A stretch of 64,000 nucleotides of DNA from Podarcis cretensis. Lineage: Eukaryota. Below are positions 25,934 through 37,620 of this stretch, piece by piece. Within the stretch, counting starts at the first letter, position 1; every line of letters begins with the position of its first letter. The translations under genes were made by a program, and so were the position numbers. The stretch is from assembly GCA_951804945.1 (NCBI GenBank), contig OX638153.1, forward strand, positions 66,154,001 to 66,218,000, given 5' to 3'. Below the pieces are notes generated by a model. That model saw only the letters and a list, made by a program, of their open reading frames with translations. It ran no database searches and had not been told where the DNA came from.

Positions 25934-27697
25934 ATATAGACAACCAGTTCTCTGAGAACTTTAATAGCCATTTTCAATCTGAAGAATGCTATAATCAGCT
26001 GAACATGATGTTACAGACAAGAGGCTTGATGTGTTATGATTAACCTTCGTAGGGGTAATGGCTTCCTGAATAGTAAACCATCCCATCACTCTTTGATTGA
26101 AGACATCATGTATTAGGATATGTGATGAATGCTTTCTGGCCATTTTTGTTTCTGGGAATAGTTGGATTGGGTTAGACATCCTTCTTGGATAACTGGGATA
26201 ATCCTGTTCTTCCAAAATTAGTAACAGAAATTGATTTCTATTTGGCACACTTTATAGAATTGTTTTTACATTCTTTAGACTGGCCATTAAGAAATAAATA
26301 CTGATTTTTAAAGGGCCTAAGTGAAACTACTCATTGCAAAATTTTGCTTTTTGTGAATCCACAATGCAGACCTGTTTTCTCTTTCCCCCCTACCTACTAC
26401 AAAGTTGTTGTGCCTCTTGTAAGCTCACTTGCTTGAGACTTGTGTCATCCTAATAATCTGAGAATGGTGAGGGCATACTATAAACAACTTTTCCTAGGAG
26501 GAGAAAACGTGAGCGAACAATGGCGAATCAGTCTTACTGAAGCTGTTTTATCCAATGGGAGGGTAAGCAGGTCAAGACAGACCTTTTGCCTCCCCTGAAA
26601 TTTCTTCTTTATCCTCCTACAGGATATGTCTGATCTTGATGTGTGGGGGAGGTGCAAGTTATGACAAGCTGTCCTCCCCCATTTGGAAACTTTAATTCCT
26701 GTTGAAGTCATGCTGTGACATGTTGGCACAACCAGAAATTCCTACATTAGGAGCAGAAAACAATGGGATGCAATGGAACCCTTCCAGAATATATTTTATC
26801 TCCAGCATGGAGTTGGTGGCATGTTAGGTCACATCTCGTATTGCAACCGTATATTTTGAAGGATGTAAAATATCTGCTTAAATGTCAGGGTGTTTTTTTG
26901 CACAGACAACAGAATGAGATCTAGTAGCCTGTTATACTGTGATGGATTTAATCTTGCTGCAGACCATCTATTAGCAGTACATGTGATCGATTGTGTGGTT
27001 TATTCTGTAGAATGTTGCAACACGTTTAGGGAAAACATTGCAAGGAAACACGGTGGAATGGAGATCTGGCTGAGAAATGCCTGGAGAGGTTCGAGTATCT
27101 GATTCTCACAAAAGTTTATGGATTGCTGTTGTAGGGGCAGTTACCTGGAAAGGAAGTTATATTTTGCCTTGGCTTTTAATGTTAAAATTGTTAAAAGCCA
27201 AGATGGAGAAGGCAGTTCCTCTGAAGTAGCATGGAAGAGCCCCTCAGTGTGACAACATGGGTCTCAAGAGTGTTCCGTTTTCAGTGTGGACCAGCATGCG
27301 TTTAAGACCCTAGTGGTACGGTTGTGCACCCAGCCCACACTTTCTCTCATAATTGCAAACTTTAAAAGGCGAGAGAGGAATAACACATGCTAAGCACTTT
27401 AAACGCTTGAAAACACTATACTCATGATGATTACTAGTACTACTACTATTATTTTTTTGAAGTGAATATGGAGATGCAACATTGTCTAGCGTCAGAATGC
27501 TGCACTTCCCTTCCTTCTTGCATGTTTTGACATTGATAGACATAGTGACCTCGGCCATTGAGGCTGGACAGGAAGAGTTGTGAAACACTTTTCTAGTTGA
27601 AGATGATTGTACTATGTGAATAAGTTAAAAGAATTCACACTAGGTTCCGAGGAGCTTAGAACTAGCTGGATGGTGATAGTCTAGCAACGAAAGAGTA

Positions 27698-27939
27698 CAG
27701 TGGTACCTTAGTTCTCAAACTTAATCCATTCCAGGAGTCTGTTCGACTCCTGAAACCATTCGAAAACCAAGGCGCAGCTTCTGATTAGCTGCAGGAACTT
27801 CCTGCACTCAAGCAGAAGCTGCGTTGGATGTTCGGCTTCCGAAAAACGTTTGAAAACAGGAACACTTACTTCTGGGATTGCAGCGTTCGGAAGCTGATTT
27901 GTTCAGCAACTAAGCCATTCAGGAACCAAGGTTCCACTG
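27698..27939. mobile_element. Tc1/mariner-type MITE
   Basis: TA|CAGTGGTACCTT ... AAGGTTCCACTG|TA. Confidence 0.85.
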
Positions 27940-30459
27940 TACTTCTTGAAGGAGATATGGCAATGTTCTAAGCACAACTTATTTTGATTGCATTTATCTA
28001 TATTTGATATTAGAGGATTTTTCTGTACTTGAGGATTTTGCTTTAGCATATGGAAGAGAAAGGGGACATGTGCAGTTTGGGGAATTAAATTATGTACTGT
28101 GAACCAAGCTCTATGAAAGGCAATACAGGCTCCCCCCTTACATATGTGGGGGTTACTTTCTGGGACCCCGTGCACATAAGTGAAAATTGCGTAATTGGGG
28201 AACACCCTTTAAACACCCTCTCTGCCACTCTTTCTCCAATCCAGATCAAAAATACTGGATCCAAAAATATCCAGAACTAGAATTGAAGCTCTGGGGCTGG
28301 CTGGAGGTTAGAGGATGTGTGGAAAAGCGTTGGCTGCTGTTGCACTACCCCACATGTCAGCTGTTAGGTGGGGAGGCTGAGCACCTGTGCCACCAGTCAC
28401 CTCACTGACATTATCTTTGGGCTCTGGGAAGGGTGTCCTCAAAAGCCACGAGGACTCTCCAGCTCTCCCCCGCCATTTCCAGGCTTAAATCCATTTGTTT
28501 ATTGATTTCCTGGCACCATGCATGTATGTGGTTGCACAGGAGTTGGTCTTGTGTAAGTGGTTGTCTTTATATTACTTAATTCCTAACCTTTCCTTTCTTC
28601 CTGACTCAAAGCTGTGAACCTGAGTGAATAGGGAAGACTGGCCACAATAAAAAGTTGCTGCTCAACAGTGATATTTGACTGTTTTACTAGTCTAAACACA
28701 GCTTTGTTCTTTCTGATTTTTTGTCATAACATCAGATTTTCTGAACAAATAAAAATGCAGCTGATATGCATTTGGACTGTGTCTTTTGACGTGTAATATG
28801 ATTCTTTTGATGTTGGCATCTGTCTGTCTTGGGAGACAATGGAAGAGTACACCTTCGGGGATAAACTCAAACCGTTGCAGAGTTACAATGCTTGCTGGGT
28901 CTGTAAAAACTGATGCAGAAGAGACAGGTTTTATTTTAAGCATGTGTACTTAATAGGATTTATTCCTTAAACATGCTTAAAATGACAGCCTTAGTCTTTC
29001 ATTACATTATTCAAGAAACCTCAAGGTACCGGTATGTTGTCTAGGTTAAAAGACAGGTTGATACTGGCCTCATTCACATGATACGGTAAGCCAAACTATG
29101 GTTTACCGGGACCATTCAAATGTGTGGGCTCCTAAAAAGCAGTTTGCAGCCACTTTGCTCTTTCATGGATTTATTTACACCCATGCCATTCCAAGCTAAG
29201 TCAGGCCCATTGTTAAGCACTCTCCTTGCTGACAATTTGCAATAAATATTCAAGAATAATATATTTCGGTAATACTAGGTAATGTGAATCAGGCATTACA
29301 TAGAGAGAATTGGGCACCTATTTGTTTAGCTAGTGAATGCAAGGTTTGCAACATGTGGATCAATATCAGACTATAAAGAGAGATCAAACCAGGTACTGGC
29401 AGTGTTCCAGGATCAGACGATACTGAAGGGACTGAGAAAAGGAGAGATAGTTACTACTATATGAAGTATTACATGTAAGAAATACGGTAATAATCAGATG
29501 CACAAGTATAAGGAGATGGCCAACTAGCAGCATTTTGGATAAAAATGTAGGAATCATAAAGTAGTGGATGAACAACGAAAGACAGGTCTGCAATATGATG
29601 CAATGGCACATAAGACCAAACCTGTTTTAGTCTGTATCAACAGGAACATCATGTCTTGTTGACCCAGAGCAATAGTACTGTACTACTGCTCTGCCTGGTG
29701 CTTGTAAAACCACATCTGAAGTTGTTTTCAGTTCTGTGTATCCCAGTACAAGTAGAATGTTGTCAATTTTGAATTAAAAGAAAATCTTATGAGAGCTACA
29801 CAAACGATAACTGTTCTAGGAAGCATATTTAGATGAAGAAATGCTGAATAACGTTTGAGGGTTTAACAACTTAAAAGATGATGTAGTGGGAACAGATATG
29901 CTAACAGTTCTCAGATACTTTAAACATCAGAAGAGAGGGTAAATAATTGTCCATCTTCTGAAGATAGAAATAATAGTTCTAAAAGTCAAGGGTACATTTA
30001 GGTAATTATTGTATTATGTGATGTGGCTCTTAGATTACTGTTGTTTATTTAATTACTGGCAGAAGAAAGTTGATGGTTGAAAATTAAGTACAACTGTTTA
30101 CTTCCTACTCGAGTGGTTGGTGCAATATGGAGTACTGCTGTTCCATACACTCCCCTACTTTTCCCCCAAGAGCACTATTATATCCAACTCCACTTGTAAG
30201 GAAACCACCTATGAAATGTGACCTATGTGCTGTGTACAAGAATCACTAGGTTATGGTGACAAGGCATTCTCATACAGGTATCTAACCTCTAGAGTTAAAC
30301 TACAACTCCCAGAATTATGAGGTAAGCCTTGTTCTTTAAATGTGTTGGAACATATGGTGTGGGTGTGGGCGGTTTCTGCCTCCTGTGCCTATGTTGAAAT
30401 TATAGGCAAAGTATTTTGATTTGAACGCCTGAGGTCCACGATTAAAACTGAATATTTGT

Positions 30460-30722
30460 AAATAATAATAATAATAATGATCATAATAAAAAAATTGTAA
30501 TTTATACCCTGCCCATCTGGCTGGGTTTCCCCAGCCGCTCTGGGCGGCTCCCAACAAAATATTAAAATACAATACTCCATTAAACATTAAAAGCTTCCCT
30601 AAACAGGGCTGCCTTCAGATGTCTTCTAAAAGTCTGCTAGTTGTTTTTCTCTTTGACATCTGGTGGGAGTGCGTTCCACAAAGTGGGTGCCACTACCGAG
30701 AAGGCTCTCTGCCTGGTTCCCT
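30460..30722 (-). mobile_element. L2-type LINE 3' fragment
   Basis: Reverse complement of the 42440-42677 family sequence; (TAT)n tail. Confidence 0.8.
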
Positions 30723-30738
30723 ATATTTCTTGAGCATA

Positions 30739-30986
30739 AACAAAATAAAAAAATTCCTTCCAGTAGCACCTTAAAGACCAACTAAGTTAGTTCTTGGTAT
30801 GAGCTTTCGTGTGCATGCACACTTCTTCAGATACACGTGTATCTAAATGTGTATCTGAAGAAGTGTGCATGCACACAAAAGCTCATACCAAGAACTAACT
30901 TAGTTGGTCTTTAAGGTGCTACTGGAAGGAATTTTTTTATTTTGTTTTGACTATGGCAGACCAACACGGCTACCCATCTGGAACTG
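30739..30986. mobile_element. Penelope-like element terminal fragment in inverted-repeat configuration, 13-bp TSD
   Basis: Arms 30738-30836 and 30849-30947 are reverse complements with 1 mismatch; TSD TTTCTTGAGCATA at 30726-30738 and 30987-30999; carries a CTGAAGA...GAAA hammerhead core. Confidence 0.75.
30797..30834 (-). ncRNA. Minimal type I hammerhead ribozyme motif (Penelope-associated)
   Basis: Minus strand GUAU CUGAAGA A GUGUG CAUG CACAC GAAA GCUC AUAC: conserved core, 5-bp stem II, palindromic AGCU stem III, 4-bp stem I. Confidence 0.55.
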
Positions 30987-30999
30987 TTTCTTGAGCATA

Positions 31000-32220
31000 T
31001 TCACTCCGACTCCGAAGAGTTTATGGGGCTTATTCTGTGGTAGTCTGCGAGTTTAGGATTGCAGGCACGCAGCACGAACTTTTTACACGTTTCCTCGGAA
31101 TACATGCCCAAGGTTTTGTTTCTGAGTAAACGTGCACATGGTCGCCACGTTTTGCTATGGAGGAGGTGGAAGAGTTCCTTTTCGGCTTTCGCCCCCCTTC
31201 CCTTCAGTCCTCCCTTGGCGGCGGGGCTAGTTGGGGGACTTGCAGCTGGGGCGGGAGCGGCTGCGTCGCTTGACCCAGCGCTTCTCCCCGCCTCCCCAGT
31301 CGCTGGCAGCTGGGCCGGGCCTTCCCAGGAAGGGAAAGGGAAGGGGCCCGGCTCGTCTGACGTGTGAGCCTGGGATTGGCAGCCTCTCCCCCATATAGCA
31401 GACGGGAAGGTGCCTCGCCGCCTTCCCGGGAGCGCTTCGGGGCTTCTCCAGCAGAGCGAGCTAAGCGGGCACGGGCCGGAGTGAGTGCCACGTACGGGGC
31501 AGGAGGGCGGGCGCGCGGGCCGGGGGTGGCGGGAGAGCAGACGGGAAGGCGGCGGCAGCCGCGGGGGTGCGGAGCAGGGGCAGCGGAGAGAAAGAAAGGG
31601 GGGATGGTGAGGAGGAGGAGGAGGAGGAGTAGAGAGAGCGAGAGCTGCTTGCCGACGTGGAGGCAGAGAGGAGGCGCCGGCACGGGCTGTCCTCCCGCGT
31701 CCTCCCCTGCGGAGCTGCCCCTCTCTCCGCATTCTCCCCCTGGAAGACGGAGGGTGACCCGAGCGGGGCGCACGCTCCGCGCCGGGGCTCCGTCCCCTCG
31801 GCAGGGAGGCGAGGAGCAGGAGGAGGGGCGGGGGAACCGATCGGGCTACGTGTCACAGGCGCGCGGCAGCCGGATCTCCTCCCCCTCCCAACTCAGCCGC
31901 AAAACTTTGCCCCAACTTTCCTGGCCAGGTTCTTCCTGCTCCTCCGAGGAGCGACGGGGGCGGAGGAGCAGCGGCGGCAGGGAAAAGAAGAAAAAGCCCA
32001 CTCCTCCCTCTCCGGGCCGGCGCGTCCTAGGCTCCTGACCTTAAACGAGCCAGAAGAAAAAGCCGGGAAAGGGAGGGGGGGGCGAAACGAGAGGCTTTGT
32101 ACTCTATCCTCTCCACATACCCCGCTCCATTTTGCAGGAGGGCCCCAGGCAACATTCCTAATCCTGTGGCTGATGTGGACATTGCAGAGGGCAAAAGCGG
32201 GACGCGGCCCTAAAGCCTGC
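31000..32220 (+). promoter_or_regulatory. HDLBP: Second CpG island, putative alternative HDLBP promoter with exon 1b (about 31400-31480)
   Basis: CpG/GC-rich non-repeat island within HDLBP intron 1; ATTGG 31375-31379; TGACGTG 31358-31364; donor GGA|GTGAGT at 31480/31481. Confidence 0.7.
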
Positions 32221-32508
32221 TAGACTATTCTCTCCCCTGAGGGCTGGTTGCAGGTTATGGAGGTTCCTTCTGCCTACAGTATTGATATTTTTTTGACGGG
32301 GGGGGGGGCGACAACCTCCTTCCTCCCAAGTGCATCCCTGTCTACTACATGAACGAAGCAAGAAAGTGAGCAAGCGGGCATAAGATTGCACATGTGCGTG
32401 CGCGCACACACACACTGTGGGCAGCATGGCTGGAAGGAGTGGGTCCTCTGGCACTGGTCAGGGAGAGAGAGAGAAAGTCTGGGAGCTGCTTCTTGGTCGT
32501 TCCTGTAT

Positions 32509-32610
32509 TCATCTAGTCCAATACCCTGCAATGCAGGAATCCTTTGCCCAATGTGGGACTTGAACCCACAACCCTGAGATTGGGAGTCTCATGCTCTACC
32601 AACTGAGATA
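32509..32610 (-). mobile_element. tRNA-Lys-derived SINE with CR1-like tail
   Basis: Minus strand TCAGTTGGTAGAGCATGAGACTCCCAATCTCAGGGTTGTGGGTTCAAGTCCCACATTGGG followed by GATTCCTGCATTGCAGGG...TTGGACTAGATGA. Confidence 0.75.
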
Positions 32611-35600
32611 TCCTCTCGCCCATTCCCCACCATTGTGGCCCTCAGAGGGTAAGCATAGGCTTGCCAGGGGCCAGTTGGTGGCGGTGGAAGGAGGAGCCAC
32701 CTCATTTCGCACTGCAGGGAGTTCAGTCCTCCTTACTGGGCCAGGTTTCAACGCTTCCACTTGACAGGTTGGCCGCAATGCGTGTGGCACTGCCCTGTGG
32801 CAGGCACGATGCCTGCTTGAAGTTGCTCCCAGCGCCTTACACGCAGCAGCACCCTCTCCCCACAGACCCTTTCCCAGCATTTTTGGGTGATTCTGTGCTT
32901 GGAGATGCTTGGCTACCCTCAAGCAACAGCAGCACCTCACCTGGTGTGTTCCTCACTGGCTTGACTGAAAAGGCCAGATCACTAGGCATCCACCACCATT
33001 GCGCCACTCAGAGCAGAAAACATAGGTGAGCAAACAAGAGGATGAGGTGGCCGCTCAGTGAGTGAGCAGCTTGCACCTGTGCTTTCTCTTTGGGCACCAC
33101 AGTTGTGGGGATTGGACCCAGCAGGTGAAATCCTCTCTACAGCAGTTTGTTGTGAAAGAGGGCAAATGAGTGGCAAGGGCCCCTTCACTGAGTGAGAGAA
33201 ACAATGAGTGATTAGAGAACGTGGCAGCTGTTCCTTGCATCCACCACTCATTCACCTGTTTTTATGAGGGGGGTGGGAATGCAAGCAGCAACTGTTCTGT
33301 GCCCCCTTCCCCCTGAGTCTTAGGTGGGAGCAGGTGGGTAGAAAGTAGGGGTGCTTTTGCTGTACCCAGCAGTGAACAGGACCACAGTGACTTTGCAGCA
33401 GCTTGTCAGGGTCTGCTTTGTTGGGGCCTCCTGGGCTTGGCTTGTGAGGCTACAGGTAACTGGGGCAGCATCTGCCGCCTTGCCCTCCTTGTGTGAGCTT
33501 CTGCACCTATTGGCAAACTCCAGACCCCACAAGAAACAAAACTGCCCTGTAAAGGACAAACTGTAACTTTCTGTAGGCTGCTTGCTGATCTTAGGTTTAT
33601 ATGGGCACCTTTCCAGAGATTATTGCAAGTTGCTCAACTGGAGCCAGGAATTTTGAATCACTCATAACACACATGCCTGTAGAATTCATGAAAACCTCAC
33701 TCTTCTCCTCTCTCCCTTTCTGTGTTCACCCCACCAGTAACTTTGAGGTTGGCTTTGCCTGCAGTTCTTTGGTTGTCTTTCAGTACACTGGTGCCTTCCC
33801 AGTGAGACTGGTTCCCTGGGTTGGTAGGTAGGCCTGGGGGGGTAGGGCAGGCTTTAATTACAATTACCTTGTTTCTTAGCCCATGTAAGAAACAGTGAAG
33901 TAATGGCCATGAATAAAAGCAAGGCCCAAGGAAACAGGAGCGGGGGGGGGGGGAGGTTTCAGAAGCTGTATTCTACTCTGCAGTTGCATGGGAATGAGGG
34001 CGGCTGACTCACAGAGCAGGTCTTAATCACTCAAAATTGGTTCATGTGCAAAGGTGGCGTTGAAGTCTGCCATATAGAAGAAGAAGCCTTGCTGTGCTTT
34101 TGAAGTTCTCGGGCTGGGTGTTGTCTAGCAAGGGTGTGTGTATGTGGTAATAAAGCGTTGAGTGTCACCATGAAAGAGTTGGATGCTGGGAAGACGTCTT
34201 GACCCTGATCTTGCACAGTCTGGCATGTGTTTGTGGCTGTCCGAGACTTGGAAATGCTTTGATGTTAACAGACTAATCACACCGTTGAAGGGATATTTAG
34301 GCTTTTGCAGAATCGGTGAGTCTCAGCCACCATGGATTTGATCTGGGGATGGGAACTTGTCTAGTTTGGCCTCCTGTTTTTTGTATGCATGTTCTCCTAC
34401 CCCACTGCTTTTTAATTATGGAACTAATGCTAGGGTTTTCCAAAAACCATATTGAACCAGTGGGATATGTCTGAGATTTAGCGTCTGCTGGAGATATCCT
34501 AAGGATTTGTGGTAGAGAATATTGAGTCTTTTGTTTCATGCCATGTGCCTTATAAAAATGCTTTTTACTCATTATTTCAATATATTTACTCTTTATTTCA
34601 ATATATTTAGAATTATTCAAAGCCTTCCTATCTGAATCTCATAAATTTTTCAAGCCAAACTAATTTTGAAAGTGTAAGTTCCAAATAGATATAGATTAGC
34701 AATTGTTTTGAATCTATTTTATACACACCTAACTCTTCTTTTAACAAAGCCAGCTACTTTAAATCCAATCAGTGGGATCATTCTTCTGTAGATGTCTTCG
34801 AATTTAGGGGTACGCATGCATAGTAAATGCTCACAGTGAATTTATTTCTGTCTGAAGGAGTTATTTAAAAAACCTAAACAGCTGCTCATTATCATAAATG
34901 AAAAAGTGTATCTTTCTCTGTTTTAAACTCTTTCTATGGGTGATGATATTCAGAATTCTATATTCTGGGTAACTTTTACTAAACGGATTAAATGGAAGAT
35001 CATTTTTCTGCTGTAGAATTAACTGGTGCCAAACTTTCTGCTCTATTCCACTAGAAATGTGTGGCTAATCTGTTTGCCACAAATGTGGGTCTGTGTGGTG
35101 TTGCTTTTGTTTGGCCTAGCTGCTGTATCTTTACAGTTACCTCCTGTGTTAAATTATGGTTTTACAAGTGTAATTTTGCTATTCTTGCTCAGCCCAGGTT
35201 TAGTATGGCTTATATCACAAATTATGTCTGCTGTGGAGCGGAGTAACTCTGTGTCCGTGGCGTGTGGTTTAGAACGAAACCCCGGGTCAAAAACTGTTGG
35301 CTAGTTTTTTCCGGCAGGCTACCGCAGATCAGGAGATGGCATCCTGTCAGGGCCTTGCTGGTGCTGACAGACAACTTTTATGAGCCAGTCAACAAATAAC
35401 AAAACCCTGGCAAGCCAGTATAGAACTTGGCCATGCCGAGGTTTTAAGCTTCTAGCTGCAGCAGACAAATGGGGATTGCTATCCTTGCTCATTTCTGTAG
35501 CACTCTTTAGCATACAAGGATGCTTTTCAATTCTTTTTCTCAGAGGGTTGCTAGCCCTTTAAGATTATCCTTTCCCCTCCCCCTCCAAAGCTGTGAATGG

Positions 35601-36432
35601 TCTCTGGTACAGGCAGTGCTGAGGTGGCATTTGTGAAAATTGCACTTGGCTCTGTGCTGACACTGATACGCTGCAGGACCCTTCTGAAGCTTTTCTCCCT
35701 CTAAATAACAGGCGGCTTGGGAGATAGGCATACACTCTTTCAGGTGTAAAAATGTATTAATTTTAAAATGAGCTTTCTTGGGGCGGGAATGTTAACCAGA
35801 GTTTTAAGAAATACTCTCTCCCCCCCTCAGGTTATTACATAAAATAAAAACAGTCTGTTACAGTTTTTACATTTTTTTATATCGCAAAACAAAATTCCTT
35901 GCTCCTACCATTCATTCCAATGTGACTGTTCATTCCATATTAATGTTTATGTTGTAAACATATGTTGCAATAAAAATAACCTCCTTATTTCCATTAATAA
36001 TTACTTGTAGATGGGTCATTGAATATGATTGGCCTTTAACAGAACAAACTCGGTTTTTCATTGTGTGTCCTGCATGTTATCTCCTAGTTTTTGTGAATGA
36101 ATGAATAAGTTGCATGAAGCATTTTCTTTGTCATTAGAACTGTAACCCAACTGCATTGTGAAAGAATTCACATTTACCTTGGGGTAAGCTGTAGTAAAGT
36201 AGATTTCCTTCTGAGAAGACACATAGACATTCACTGTTTATTTGGTGTGGGGTTTTTTTAAGATTGGCCCTCCCACCCTGCATGGGAACTGGTCCAAACT
36301 GCCAACCATACTACTTCATGAGGGATTGGTTACTAAAATGACCAGTTATTTCTTACTAATCACCATTGTTTCGCATAACTGAGCCTTTTTACCCTCGTAG
36401 ACCCTGATAAGCTTTTCCATTTTGTGACAGAG

Positions 36433-36568
36433 CAGGCATCCCTAAACTCGGCCCTCCAGATGTTTTGGGACTACAACTCCCATCATCCCTGACCACTGGT
36501 CCTGTTAGCTAGGGATGATGGGAGTTGTAGTCCCAAAACATTTGGTGGGCCGAGTTTGGGGATGCCCA
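36433..36568. mobile_element. Palindromic hAT-type MITE
   Basis: Whole element folds back (TGTTTTGGGACTACAACTCCCATCATCCCT / AGGGATGATGGGAGTTGTAGTCCCAAAACA); degraded relatives at about 6920-7030 and 24790-24925. Confidence 0.75.
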
Positions 36569-36903
36569 TGATAGGGTTTCATGATAGGAAACTGAAAGTC
36601 TTAGGACCTATAACTTTGGGCTGTGAAAACTTATGTGACATGGAGCCCTGGTTAATCCCATGAGGGCAGAATGGTTAGCAAGCCAAACCTTGGAAAAAGT
36701 AGACAGGGCAGCTATTTCATTAACATGGCAAAAAGCCTGCAGCCCAATCCTGAGCATCCGTAAGTACTATTAGCCCTTTGATGAGATGGATATTGAGTTC
36801 GGATCTAGCTATGTTGGCCTTTTTTTTTTAGCAGGCGTGCATATAAAGTCAAGGGGTGGTGTATTGGGAATACTAGGTTTGGGGGAAGTAAGGATGCAGT
36901 ATA

Positions 36904-37145
36904 CAGTCATACCTTGGTTATTGAACGGCTTAGTTGCCAGACAAATTGGCTCCCGAACGCTGCAAACCTGGAAGTAAGTGTTCCGTTTTGCGAACGTTTT
37001 TCGGAAGCTGAACTTCAGATGTGGCTTCCACTTGAGTGCAGGAAACTCCTGCAGCCAATCAGAAGCTGTGCCTTGGTTTGCGAATGGTTTTGGGAGTTGA
37101 ACTGACTCCTGGAACGGATTAAGTTCGCTAACCAAGGTACGACTG
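36904..37145. mobile_element. Tc1/mariner-type MITE (inverted relative of 27698-27939)
   Basis: TA|CAGTCATACCTTGG ... CCAAGGTACGACTG|TA. Confidence 0.85.
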
Positions 37146-37444
37146 TACAGGAGGTGGTGATCGACAAAAAACGGAGCTGTTGCTTTTTAGGATGGAGGTA
37201 GATGCTTTTTTCTGCAAGATCATGTACTTTGCAGTTGAAGCACTGGTGTTGTCTTGCCTAGCTATGAATCCTTTCTTTACTATAATAAATAAACATTGGA
37301 CTTCAAGAGGAAACCTAATAGATGGAACGGCCATACCTGTGTTCTCGCACAAGGGGCCTGACATGATTTCTGGCTCTACTTGCTTTAATATCTATCTATC
37401 TATTTATCTGTCTATCTATATGACTTAAAAGTGAAGGTTTGTAT

Positions 37445-37620
37445 GTTTATTACATATCTATGCCACCTTTTTCCTTCATCCTCACAACAACCCTGTGAGG
37501 TAGGTTAGGCTAAGAGATGGTGAATGGCCCAAGGTCACCCAGTGAGCTTCATGGCTTAGTGGAAATTCAAACCCTGGTCTCCCAGGTCATAGTCCAACAC
37601 TCTAACTACCACACCACAAC
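37445..37620 (-). mobile_element. CORE/MIR-like squamate SINE
   Basis: CCTCACAACAACCCTGTGAGGTAGG...GGCCCAAGGTCACCCAGTGAGC...GAAATTCAAACCC resembles a reversed CORE-SINE body and tRNA B-box. Confidence 0.7.

Noticed and set aside
30738-30947. Inverted repeat as terminator, CRISPR-like array or miRNA gene
   Set aside because: Eukaryotic context, no repeat-spacer pattern; TSD and hammerhead core fit a retroelement.
31001-32223. Long ORFs (243, 224, 189, 188 aa) over the second CpG island
   Set aside because: Overlapping on both strands, low-complexity Pro/Arg/Gly/Ala, non-ATG starts; expected from stop-codon scarcity in GC-rich DNA.
32546-32610. tRNA-Lys-like sequence
   Set aside because: Anticodon loop and acceptor stem are degenerate and it runs into a CR1-like tail; it is a SINE head, not a tRNA gene.
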